Source: an uncultured cyanobacterium (GTDB taxonomy: Bacteria > Cyanobacteriota > Cyanobacteriia > PCC-9006 > JAAUQQ01). Taken from it: 64,000 bases of DNA. Within the stretch, counting starts at the first letter, position 1. Every line of letters begins with the position of its first letter. A program made the position numbers and the translations under genes. A model generated the notes under the pieces. That model was not told the DNA's origin. It saw nothing but the letters and a program-made list of their open reading frames with translations, and made no database searches. The DNA lies in NCBI GenBank assembly GCA_963718615.1, contig OY970368.1:768001-832000 (forward strand), given 5' to 3'. This document shows positions 40,401 through 48,689 of the stretch, piece by piece.

Positions 40401-43118
40401 CTGCAACTCACCCGCTTCTACCCACTCGCTATACTGCGCTTTTTGCGTTTGAGCTGAAACTTTAAGGAGTTGATGATTGGCGGTCAAACGAAGCTCGAAA
40501 CCCTCCTGGGTTTGCAGCCGCACAACAGACTTTGTACCGCTATAAAAGAAGCCCTCAGCGGTTGTGCTAAACAGTTCGCCATTGATATAGGTACTGTGCT
40601 GCACTCCCAGTAGATCTTTGACCTGACGGGGACCATGTTCCGTATGCACCCAAGTGTCGGCGGTGACGCAGGGGTTCAAACCATAGCGCTGGAAGCGATG
40701 CTCTAGTTCCTGGTCACTCATTTCAGGTCGATATTGTCTGATCCAGGTTTTGGCTTCTTCGATACCGAGCTCGTCGTAGATGCCCAAAAATTCTTGCTTG
40801 AGATCTGGGTGGGTCAGGAGGTCGGCGTTGGCACGGGCGATCGCCTCGGGCGCATACTGAATTGCCCCTTCCCCAGAGTAAAACTGCTTCCGTACAGCTT
40901 CAAAGGTTTCTTCCTTCGTGGGTTTCCGATGAAACACCCGCGTATGATTCGCCATTCTCAAGGCATCCCGCTCGGGGTCAATGCGCCAGTTGCCCTGGGC
41001 GTCCTGCTGCCAAAGATTTTCCTTGGCACCTGCCGCGCCTTGATCATTGCTATCAAATTGACGCATACCCGCACTATTGTGCGTCAAATAGCCATCGCAA
41101 TAGAAACAATGGGCTTCTTCTACCTCAATATCATAGGTTTTCACATGGTCATGGCTCCCGAGTGCTTGCATCGTGACCGGAATATCTAGATCGAGACTGG
41201 ACTGGGCTACATAACGTTCATAGTTGCTATCTGTTGTGCGTGAGCCTTCAAATCCCATACCTCGCATTTCACTGTAGGTATAGGCTTCGCGCATCATTGC
41301 CCCCGTAAAGGTAAAGCCGTGGGCTTTTAAGCCCTGCCGGAGTGAACCTTTGACCGAATGGGGGGCAATTAAAGCGTTGTAACGGTCCTTGAGTGCCGGA
41401 AGCTTGAGATTGTATTTGAGTTGCCAATGGGATTTTTCTGGACGCGTGATTGAAATTCGACCTGCAATCCCTAAGCTGGATAGTAATGCCGTGACTTGAC
41501 GGACAAAGTCTCGATAAACAGAGGTTAATAAATGGGGAGGGCGGTTATTGACTGCACCATCACTATCCATCAAGCCTGCTAAATAAGCAGCACGCACATC
41601 CACTGAACCTTGCAAGATAAAACTTGGAATCGTTAAGGGCTGTTTTGGCTGCTTGATGTATTGATGAAAATACTCAGCCAATCGTATAGAAGAACAGATG
41701 GCCTTGGCTGTATTCTCCCCCTTAACCGTGCCATGGCTTGCCCTCAGCCCAAACAGTTCTAGGGCAATATCAATTTTGTTCTGAAGTTGCGGTAATAGAT
41801 CAAAATCATGACCATTCATCGCCCATTCCACCCGACCATAGGGCTTATCGTGCTTATTTCGGCCTAAAGCAACATAGCCATCACCATGGGTAAAGCCAAT
41901 CAACCAGGCAACCTCAGGCGTTAAGGGTGGAATTCTGAGGGGCTTAATCGTCCGACTTTGTTCGGGACGAGCTTGGGTAAAGTCTGGGGGAAGTTCCGTG
42001 ACCGTACCGGGGAGAATCGTGCAGTTGTGCAGGAGGCGATCGCCCTCAACCAATTCCCCAACCCGCTTCCACTGAACCGTTCCTGTCGCATCGCCATAAA
42101 CCGCCATGCGATGATTCAACGTGGCCCGAGGCGAGGGTCCATTGGTTTCAATTTCATGAACCTCCTGGAAGCCTTGATCAAACTTATCGAGGACGCGACG
42201 AAATCCGAGGGGCGTTTGGACGCGATCGCCCACCTGAATTTCTCTGATGGGCACCAATCCATGGTCGGTATGAACCAACGCATCTTCGGGTAAACAGCGC
42301 CGAATATTGCCTGCAACGATTGTTACTGCTGCTTCGTCAATCAGCAAACAGCATTCCACCGAATTGAGCTGCCGCCCGATCGCCTGATTCAAAATCCGAG
42401 CCACCCGCGCATACATATCCGGCAGCTTCACCGGGTTGGCCATGCCCCCAAATCCCTTGAGCGTTTCCCCCGCAGGACGGACATCGCTCATGTCCACCAG
42501 AACCTCAACCGCACCCTCAAAGCGCTCGTCGCTGCACAATTCCAGGAGCGTTTGGTAAGACTTCACCCAACCGTGACGGCTATCGCCCACATGGATCACG
42601 ACCTGGTTGCCGTTAACAATGACTTCCGTTTCTTCCCGGCGTTGGAGGGCAGGGGTAACGCCTACTTCCCCTTGGACCTTGAGCGCAATGGGGTTACGAA
42701 CCGGCGGCAATTGCTCAATGTACTTTGGCTCCAGCACCGCGCCCGTGCCGCAACCCATCATCGCCAGATCCATCATCAGGGCAAAGGCCCGCCAATCCGT
42801 GACATTGGTGGAGGTGCAGTTATAGCCCCCGGAGAAATTCTGGCGCTGCTCAATCCAGTTCGTGCCGCCGATCCAGAGCCAGCGCCCCGACGTCAGGGTT
42901 TTCAGCTCCCGCTGCATGCGGCTGATCAGCGCTTCTTCCTGGGAGGTGAGCTGGCCGAGCTGGGCGATCCCGGCGACGGTGCGATCGCACACCTGCTCCC
43001 AGCTTTCCCGTCCCGCCTCCGTTTGACGGCTATAGGTCCGGAAAAATACCGGATTGGCGGCAGGGGCTGAGGGGGGAAAGTCAGCGACGGTAGAGCGGCG
43101 AAAAATTTCTTGGACCAT
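37404..43118 (-). CDS. nrdJ: Class II (AdoCbl) ribonucleoside-triphosphate reductase with three inteins; spliced product 767 aa
   Basis: VFFRTYSR, NCT, GNIRR|SAG, NP|CGE, CNLSEV, VQPAG|TKSLL, C-terminal CDSDKC. Confidence 0.96.
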   Translation of the reverse strand: MVQEIFRRSTVADFPPSAPAANPVFFRTYSRQTEAGRESWEQVCDRTVAGIAQLGQLTSQEEALISRMQRELKTLTSGRWLWIGGTNWIEQRQNFSGGYNCTSTNVTDWRAFALMMDLAMMGCGTGAVLEPKYIEQLPPVRNPIALKVQGEVGVTPALQRREETEVIVNGNQVVIHVGDSRHGWVKSYQTLLELCSDERFEGAVEVLVDMSDVRPAGETLKGFGGMANPVKLPDMYARVARILNQAIGRQLNSVECCLLIDEAAVTIVAGNIRRCLPEDALVHTDHGLVPIREIQVGDRVQTPLGFRRVLDKFDQGFQEVHEIETNGPSPRATLNHRMAVYGDATGTVQWKRVGELVEGDRLLHNCTILPGTVTELPPDFTQARPEQSRTIKPLRIPPLTPEVAWLIGFTHGDGYVALGRNKHDKPYGRVEWAMNGHDFDLLPQLQNKIDIALELFGLRASHGTVKGENTAKAICSSIRLAEYFHQYIKQPKQPLTIPSFILQGSVDVRAAYLAGLMDSDGAVNNRPPHLLTSVYRDFVRQVTALLSSLGIAGRISITRPEKSHWQLKYNLKLPALKDRYNALIAPHSVKGSLRQGLKAHGFTFTGAMMREAYTYSEMRGMGFEGSRTTDSNYERYVAQSSLDLDIPVTMQALGSHDHVKTYDIEVEEAHCFYCDGYLTHNSAGMRQFDSNDQGAAGAKENLWQQDAQGNWRIDPERDALRMANHTRVFHRKPTKEETFEAVRKQFYSGEGAIQYAPEAIARANADLLTHPDLKQEFLGIYDELGIEEAKTWIRQYRPEMSDQELEHRFQRYGLNPCVTADTWVHTEHGPRQVKDLLGVQHSTYINGELFSTTAEGFFYSGTKSVVRLQTQEGFELRLTANHQLLKVSAQTQKAQYSEWVEAGELQVGDRVLIHNHRGLQPWIGKGSEEEGWLLGSLVGDGSLADNITAQNRQVVLRYWGESQVEMAAQALERLEETQLSVGQVAVYHKRNGYLQVASANLRKLADEYGIVRGHKTITAAVEQTSYEFYQGFLRGLFDADGSVQGQQQKGVSIRLAQSNLPLLQAAQRMLLRLGIASTIDQAQHELVISNDNIQVFAELIGFSEPQKSERLSELLGSYRRQPNRERFAVRVKAIAPAGIEPVYDCTVPGPARFDANGFVAHNCGEIIGANFHCNLSEVHLNQLDPNNEQDQVDAFRAGALSVAALLNHQFIEDRYRESRELDPIVGVSFTGLFDFFVHALGTPWLEWWVEGRPETEQGLGFKAKEAAYLNRWREVVHSTIWDYCDRHNLHRPNRCTTVQPAGCLDRTALRIFDQGLLYADEIIEPGSGETEGLDLSVRGGIAADTAIANQPLRLIKVTLKNGRILRMTPNHRLSIQGQWVRADELQTGLDIDYSIGEYKKQEDALLLSLDPLQYSREERKQQVGHGRGVLTQEILTPTTLNPEIGYFLGCLLGDGAMSEGKCRIRFAFNAEEADLVERLQAIAQRWFGITGTVHYDPRNHNSRGELVFASRQLFDWLQLNRLGKTRSTELDRIPQAIRRSSQQTILSFFCGLIDTDGCVRKQGALSIDSASEAFIRNLQQVGEAVGLCCSIFHNTQGENLQGTKNMWGLCLSRMLSSVDALAYLNAHSRKCGLRPLFEPKRQFAFHPYRVEAIAFETVPDYSYDFAVAGVDDDDSWYWQGALKSHNTKSLLTGASSGWHPPKAQRFIRRITFRKNDPVAMACIDYGYQVVPSQSDKDEHGNLLNDPFDPRCTEWLVEIPTEVSWANLPGADTIDISQFSALAQFDFYMQVQKHYTTHNTSATVELREAEIEPLAERIYRCIETDEGYMSAALLARFDDLQTFPRLPFEPIDKQTYEQMLLAVKQRRDTADFLAALKRYDSGPMMEAGPAGCDSDKCLLPEKQPE
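38061..39212 (-). mobile_element. Intein 3 (384 aa, LAGLIDADG), +1 Thr
   Basis: CLDRTALR...FFCGLIDTDG...LKSHN|TKS. Confidence 0.92.
39633..40670 (-). mobile_element. Intein 2 (346 aa, LAGLIDADG), +1 is the thiyl-radical Cys
   Basis: CVTADTWV...FLRGLFDADG...FVAHN|CGE. Confidence 0.93.
41076..42296 (-). mobile_element. Intein 1 (407 aa, LAGLIDADG), +1 Ser
   Basis: CLPEDALV...YLAGLMDSDG...YLTHN|S. Confidence 0.93.
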
Positions 43119-43249
43119 GTCTCTTCTTGAAGGCTCAATGCCCTAATCAATGGAAAGCCCCCACGGATCGAGCCAAGCGCGATCGCTGCGGGGGAGGAAA
43201 ATGCTGGCGAGAGTTTCAGGAATCATTCTCGAACCTTTCCTACTGTAGA

Positions 43250-43307
43250 ACATGATATCTGGCGGGTAAACCCGTCTCTTTAAGAAATAAAACGCTATAT
43301 CTAGGGC
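43250..43307. promoter_or_regulatory. Tandem NrdR boxes
   Basis: ACATGATATCTGGCGG (43250) and ACGCTATATCTAGGGC (43292), 42 bp apart, upstream of nrdJ. Confidence 0.7.
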
Positions 43308-43489
43308 TGTAACAAATTCCCAACCAATACCTAAGGAATTTCCAGGAAACTCCCAAGGAATTTCCTAGGACGGATAGGAAATTTGCGTTAAATCATGTAT
43401 GCAAGGCCACATTTGTCCAGGGGGAGTGACATAGAATATAAATATCTCGATGGATTCATTTAGATTTCTTGATTTGGGAGGAGCGTTTT

Positions 43490-43684
43490 ATGTTAGTGCT
43501 CTTGACCAAAGACCACGTCATTCCCACCCAGCAGGTGTGTCAATCCTGTATGTTCGCTAGCCAAGCGGGTCAACCCCGCTGGCGAGACGGTCACCTCACC
43601 TGTGGCCAAACACGCAAGGCAACGCTAACCCATGGCCAGCGGCAAGAATGTCCCATGGGATTTCGGGTGGTCGAAGTGGAATGA
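43490..43684 (+). CDS. Small Cys-rich cyanobacterial hypothetical protein
   Basis: GGAGG RBS; CQSC...C...CPMGF. Confidence 0.7.
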   Translation: MLVLLTKDHVIPTQQVCQSCMFASQAGQPRWRDGHLTCGQTRKATLTHGQRQECPMGFRVVEVE

Positions 43685-43756
43685 GCCCCAGGCTGGGTGC
43701 GCTATCCTAGGAAGGCACGAAGCTATTTAATTTCAGCCTCACCAGGAGAGTTCAGC

Positions 43757-44260
43757 ATGGCATGGCGCGGATCTAGCACCATTCAGGATCGGGTTTTTGG
43801 CGGTCTTCCTTATCTGCTGCCATTGATCGACGTGATTGCTTTGGGGTTTGGCAATTTTCTCTTTCGCCAGGTGCCGCTGTTGGGAGCGATTCTTCTTACC
43901 CCTCTGGCCCCTCTCATCTTGCTCTATCGCGGCATTCCCTTCGTGGGCCTGATTATTTTCTTTGCGTTGTTTATGCTGGTGATCCGCAACGAGAACATCT
44001 CGCATTTCATCCGCTTCAACACCATGCAGGCGATTTTGATTGATATTGTCCTGTTCCTTTGCAACGTGGTCGACACCTATCTGCTGGGACCGACCCTGGG
44101 TAAAGCCGGTGGAGCCAGCTTCTTGATCGAAGTGCTCTACAACGTGATTTTCCTCGGAACACTGGCTGCGGTGGCCTACTGCGTCGTTCAGGTGGTGCGC
44201 GGACTCTATCCCGACAAGATTCCGAGTCTATCTGAGATCGTGGCCATGCAGGTGCGCTAA
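43757..44260 (+). CDS. Tic20/Ycf60 family protein
   Basis: MAWRGS, LPYLLP, SHFIRFNTMQAILID. Confidence 0.92.
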   Translation: MAWRGSSTIQDRVFGGLPYLLPLIDVIALGFGNFLFRQVPLLGAILLTPLAPLILLYRGIPFVGLIIFFALFMLVIRNENISHFIRFNTMQAILIDIVLFLCNVVDTYLLGPTLGKAGGASFLIEVLYNVIFLGTLAAVAYCVVQVVRGLYPDKIPSLSEIVAMQVR

Positions 44261-44286
44261 AGCTCTACCCTCGCCCGATCGTCCCT

Positions 44287-45078
44287 TCAGACGGTGGGGG
44301 GTTTGCGAGCAATGACGGGATTGGCGAGGCGTCCAATGCCTTCAATCTCGATTTGGACGCGATCGCCCACCTGCAAAGGTCCCACCCCCTCCGGTGTGCC
44401 GGTCAAAACCACATCCCCCGGCATGAGGGTCATGATCTGGCTAATATAGGCAACCAGGACCTCGGGTTTATAAACCATTTGTTGGATGCTGGCGGATTGA
44501 ACGGGTTTAGGCTCGTCATTGTGAAAGGTCTGAATCGTGGCACCGGGAGAAATTTCGCGCACGATCCAAGGGCCAAGGGGACAAAAAGAATCAAACCCTT
44601 TCGCCTGGGACCAAGGGCCTGGGCTGGCCCGCTGGAGATCGCGGGCGGTGACATCATTGGCGATGGTATAGCCCCAAATTTTGCTGAGGGCTTCTTCTGG
44701 AGAGCAGTTGAGACAGCGATCGCCGATCACCAACGCCAGTTCCCCTTCATAATCCACCCGCTGAGATTGAGGGGGATAGAGGATGGGTGCTTGGTCCGCA
44801 ATAATGGCGCTGGGCGGCTTGAGAAACAGTAGCGGTTCTTTGGGAACGGCGGATTCCATCTCTGCGGCATGGGCGGCATAGTTTTTGCCAATGGCCACGA
44901 TTTTGGAAGGCGCACAGGGGGCCAACAGGCTATAGCGATCTGGTTCTAGGACGAGATCCGTGGGCTGACCCTGGAGCCAGGGCGGCGCATCGAGCACTTG
45001 GACGGTGCGGTTGAGGTGAAGGATACCGTAGTAAGTGGTCCCTTCTGGAGTACACACCCGGACATAGCGAGTCGCCAT
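44287..45078 (-). CDS. Fumarylacetoacetate hydrolase family protein
   Basis: GKNYAAHA, VDYEGEL, NDVTARD, LTGTPEGVG. Confidence 0.93.
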   Translation of the reverse strand: MATRYVRVCTPEGTTYYGILHLNRTVQVLDAPPWLQGQPTDLVLEPDRYSLLAPCAPSKIVAIGKNYAAHAAEMESAVPKEPLLFLKPPSAIIADQAPILYPPQSQRVDYEGELALVIGDRCLNCSPEEALSKIWGYTIANDVTARDLQRASPGPWSQAKGFDSFCPLGPWIVREISPGATIQTFHNDEPKPVQSASIQQMVYKPEVLVAYISQIMTLMPGDVVLTGTPEGVGPLQVGDRVQIEIEGIGRLANPVIARKPPTV

Positions 45079-45172
45079 AAAAATCTATGTGAGTTGGCGG
45101 AAACTGATCTAAGATTGTAAAGCCTTGCTTCTTGTAGCGTGCAAGAGGCCATATCGTCCAGAGGGATCTTTA

Positions 45173-45490
45173 ATGAAAGACTTTGTTTACGAAACGATGT
45201 ATGTCCTTCGTCCGGATTTGGGTGAAGAAGAGGTTGAGAACCTGATCACCAAATACCAGGACATCCTCAAGGAAGGGGGTGCGGATATGCTAGAAACTCA
45301 ACATCGGGGCAAGCGCCGTCTGGCTTACACGATTAATAAGAAGCGGGAAGGGATTTATATTCAGATGAACTATAAGGCTCCGGGGGCGGCGATCGCTCCC
45401 CTCGAACGGGCCATGCGTCTGAGCGAAGATGTGATTCGTTATCTGACGGTGAAGCAAGAGGTTCGGGCTCCGGAACCTGTGGAAGTCTAA
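45173..45490 (+). CDS. rpsF: 30S ribosomal protein S6
   Basis: [28 protein letters not shown]. Confidence 0.97.
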   Translation: MKDFVYETMYVLRPDLGEEEVENLITKYQDILKEGGADMLETQHRGKRRLAYTINKKREGIYIQMNYKAPGAAIAPLERAMRLSEDVIRYLTVKQEVRAPEPVEV

Positions 45491-45540
45491 CCGCAAGCAC
45501 CGCTAAGGGATCCGCAGTATTCAGTTGCGATTTCATCACT

Positions 45541-45577
45541 AGACGCCTTCGGAATTTTCCGGGGGCGTTTTGTTTTG
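45541..45577 (+). terminator. Intrinsic terminator after rpsF
   Basis: GACGCCTTCGGAA-TT-TTCCGGGGGCGTT hairpin followed by a T-rich run. Confidence 0.75.
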
Positions 45578-45654
45578 CATCCTCCAGCCTTCTCTGCGCC
45601 ACCAGACATCTGGGTGTCCTGGGCTAGAATGAGCTAGCGCTAGGATGAGACTCT

Positions 45655-45785
45655 ATGGAAGATCAGCATTTTGTTCAGTTTCAGCTTGAGGATGGCGATG
45701 GGGAGGTCATTTTTATCCAGGTGGCGGAGTCTGAGGGCAACGGGATTGAGCGTGCGTCTTCAGCTTCAGGCCGTAGGTTTGTTAA
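45655..45785 (+). pseudogene. N-terminal fragment of a Trypco1/CU044_2847-like protein cut by IS
   Basis: FVQFQLEDGDGEVIFIQVAESEGNGIERAS; ends at the IS IR. Confidence 0.6.
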
Positions 45786-47049
45786 CTCAGATCTTGTAGC
45801 ATTCTTGATAAGCCGGTTCAGGCAGCGGAGCAAGGACAATCTGAAAGCCTTGTAGAGCGGCAATTTCGCGGTGAATTCGGATTTGTCGTAGCACCTGTAG
45901 CCAGAGACGGTCGGGAAGCAAGGTTTCCATGGCCAAGCGAGCCGTTTTTCTCCAGTCCAAAACCGAGGGGCTATGCCATCGGTGAATCCAATGGGTCAAG
46001 AGATAGGCGAGGCAGGAGAGAATCAGCCAGCGATAGACTCCCAAGGGTGTGGATTGACCAAAACAGTGCAAGCCAAAACGATGTTTTACGGTTTTGAAAA
46101 AGCCCTCTATGGCCCAGCGCTGGCGACCGAGACGAACGAGATAGGTCCCCGAATAGGGGTAGGTAGAAGCGACAAATCGGAGTTCGCGTTTTCCTTCAGC
46201 CCGCTTGAGCCAAAACCAGGAAACGGTGAGGGGATAAGCCAAGCCTTTCAAGTAAACTTGGCAACCTCGCTTGCGATGGCGATACAAGTCTTTGAGATGA
46301 CGACCATCTTGAAGGGTGCGATTGTGGCGCACCCCCACCACGGCGTGCCAACGGCGTGCCCGCACGGCGGCGAGAAAGTCGATCGTGCCAAATTCAGTAT
46401 CAGCCTGGACAATCACGCTCCTTCCCTGAGTCACAGACTTGGGAAGCGTGGCCAACAACTGACCAGCCAATTGAACCGGACTTGGGTGCCCTTTCCCACG
46501 CCAGATGCGAAACCCCCAAGGGACGCGCCATTGGCCTAGAACCAGATACAACATAACCAGATGCAATCCCCGCTTCTGATTGAGCATCCTCACCCAGGGG
46601 TCAGGGGAAGTCGTCTCGTCGGTGACGGTACTCAAGTGCTGAAACTTGCCGATTTTGGGCAAGGTGGTCAAATCGAGCAAGAGCTTCAGCGGAGCGTTGG
46701 GATGGGGCCGATGCTGGGCCAATTGCGCCACAACCGCGCGGCGACTGATCCGAATCACCTGGCGAGTTGGCCAAGAGTAGTGATTGAGAAATCGACTCAG
46801 GGAGCTGGCTGACTTGATCTGGGTATGAGCTGGCAAGGCGTGGCCATCGGGAGCCAGAAACAGAGCGAAAATCGCCTTGAGACTATCGTTTTGATAGATG
46901 CTAGGCATCAGACAAAGGAGACTACACACTAGCCCTTGAGCGTGTTGAAGAATGGTTTCCATGACCGTCTTCTGATTTTTTTGCTACGCCCTTTCTTACA
47001 GATTTTCTTCCATTAGGCAAGCATTAATGAGATTGGTGCAAGATCTCAG
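45786..47049 (-). mobile_element. DDE insertion sequence (IS4/IS701-like; family not certain)
   Basis: IRs CTCAGATCTTGTAGCA / CTGAGATCTTGCACCA; no target duplication. Confidence 0.85.
45787..46962 (-). CDS. DDE transposase
   Basis: LLDLTTLPK, QADTEFG, RWAIEGFFKTVKHRFGL. Confidence 0.92.
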   Translation of the reverse strand: METILQHAQGLVCSLLCLMPSIYQNDSLKAIFALFLAPDGHALPAHTQIKSASSLSRFLNHYSWPTRQVIRISRRAVVAQLAQHRPHPNAPLKLLLDLTTLPKIGKFQHLSTVTDETTSPDPWVRMLNQKRGLHLVMLYLVLGQWRVPWGFRIWRGKGHPSPVQLAGQLLATLPKSVTQGRSVIVQADTEFGTIDFLAAVRARRWHAVVGVRHNRTLQDGRHLKDLYRHRKRGCQVYLKGLAYPLTVSWFWLKRAEGKRELRFVASTYPYSGTYLVRLGRQRWAIEGFFKTVKHRFGLHCFGQSTPLGVYRWLILSCLAYLLTHWIHRWHSPSVLDWRKTARLAMETLLPDRLWLQVLRQIRIHREIAALQGFQIVLAPLPEPAYQECYKI

Positions 47050-47218
47050 ATATCCCTTTGAAGTCCCTCTGCCGCCTGAGTTGCAGACTCAAGGTGTGGT
47101 TCTTGCCGATCAAATTAAGTGTCTGGACTGGAAATCCCGTAGCGTTCAGTTTGTTGAGTCTGTTCAAGCAAGTGTTGTTGAAGAAGTACAGGCAAAGATC
47201 GAGCCATTGCTTCTGTAG
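47050..47218 (+). pseudogene. mazF: C-terminal half of MazF/PemK toxin
   Basis: YPFEVPLP...GVVLADQIKCLDWKSR. Confidence 0.85.
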
Positions 47219-47344
47219 CAACCAAGCAATCACTCGTAGTTGCCCCAGCTAACTTCACCGTTAGCTAGCTTCGGTTATGGGTTGGGGCAGTACAGTTAAG
47301 CCATCTGTGCAGTGTTCGGCATCAGGTAAGTGGTAATATAGTTT

Positions 47345-47476
47345 ATGAACTTCGATCAAGCTTATTTTGAGGTGCGCTGTGAGTGGGGTGAGAAGGGAAT
47401 TTCGCAGTTAACTCCGATCAGTAGTGATTGTGTTCCTACATTAGCTAATGGAGCTTACACAAATTATGCAAGATAA
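47345..47476 (+). pseudogene. Internally deleted 2-phosphosulfolactate phosphatase (ComB-like) relic
   Basis: MNFDQAYFEVRCEWGEKGISQLTPIS fused in frame to SDCVPTLANGAY, which resemble the N- and C-termini of this family. Confidence 0.55.
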
Positions 47477-47689
47477 TCGGAATAGGGAGAATCCTCACGA
47501 ATCCCCCCTCCCAGTCATGATGGATTATCCATTCTGCAAATAAACTTTTTTGTGAGCATGGCTCGATAAATATAACGACGAAGACGTGCGGATTGCAGTA
47601 GCACTCATTTTCAAAAGTGACTCTCGCGTTCCGATCCCGAAGTCATTCTATTTGGGAACTCTAAGAGCAACCCTTACTTCGAGATCTTC

Positions 47690-48637
47690 ATGGCTACATT
47701 GCTGCTAGAGTTCTGGACCGAAGGCAATGACTTTTTTATCTATGCAGAAATGGATGACTATGAAAAAGAATTAGTCCTTGAAGGGAAAGCGAAAAGCATT
47801 ATTACAAACCTAGAAGCGATTTATGAAATCCTAGAAGAAACACAAGAGCATCGAGAAACAAAATTAGAAAATAGCATAGAGACCTTGAGCCAGCAGCTAA
47901 TTGCACCTTTTGCTCAAGCTTTAACGCGATGTCAGCTAGTCCGTTTTGTAGTAAGCAAAGAGCTAATTCGTTATCCTTTCGATCTGCTGTTATTTGAAGA
48001 AAAGCCGTTGTTCTTACAGCGAAGTATCTGCTACCAAATTGAAGAAGGAGAAGGAGAAGGAGAAGATAATCCTGAAATCGAAATAAAAAGTGCTTTACTC
48101 ATTGCAGATCTAACGGCTGATCCGGAAGAAGCTTGCAAAACAGTCTCGAAGCTGATTCCAGAGTCGAAGTATAAAAAGATGGAAGACTCGAATTTGAGTT
48201 TAATCAAAGATGCTGCGGATAAAATTGATGTCTTAGTTGTAAGTGCTCATGGTGATTTGGATGAAAACAACTCAGGCGGGATTTCAATTAATGATGAAAC
48301 CATTAGCTCCAAACTCATTGCCAAACTTGAAGCTTGGATTGTCTATTTTGACTCTTGTCAACAGGGCTCTAATCTAGACTTTTTGCAAACCTTTCAAGAA
48401 AAAAGCGATACACAATTCTATCTTGCTCCCATCATTAGCAATGATGCGGGTGATTCCTCAACCAAAACCATGATTTGGTTCTTCAAGGCTGTGCTTCAGC
48501 ATGGGAACCCAATTCAAGCCTTGTTTGAAACTCGCAAACGCTTATTTGATTTCTATGCCTTTGAGGAAGAATTAAGCACCATCGCAAGCTTCAATAAGGC
48601 TTTTGCCTTCAGGATCTATGAATTTGTGGAATTATAG
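47690..48637 (+). CDS. Stand-alone acidic CHAT/caspase-like domain protein
   Basis: LIRYPFDLL, LLIADL, VVSAHG, YFDSCQQG (His/Cys dyad), ALFETRK; AT-rich. Confidence 0.65.
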   Translation: MATLLLEFWTEGNDFFIYAEMDDYEKELVLEGKAKSIITNLEAIYEILEETQEHRETKLENSIETLSQQLIAPFAQALTRCQLVRFVVSKELIRYPFDLLLFEEKPLFLQRSICYQIEEGEGEGEDNPEIEIKSALLIADLTADPEEACKTVSKLIPESKYKKMEDSNLSLIKDAADKIDVLVVSAHGDLDENNSGGISINDETISSKLIAKLEAWIVYFDSCQQGSNLDFLQTFQEKSDTQFYLAPIISNDAGDSSTKTMIWFFKAVLQHGNPIQALFETRKRLFDFYAFEEELSTIASFNKAFAFRIYEFVEL

Positions 48638-48689
48638 ACGCAAGATAATGAAAGAATTATGAAAAAATAAAAGCTGGACTACACCAGTA

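Noticed and set aside
43330-43385. AGGAATTTCC-like repeated palindromes
   Set aside because: Degenerate and not assignable.
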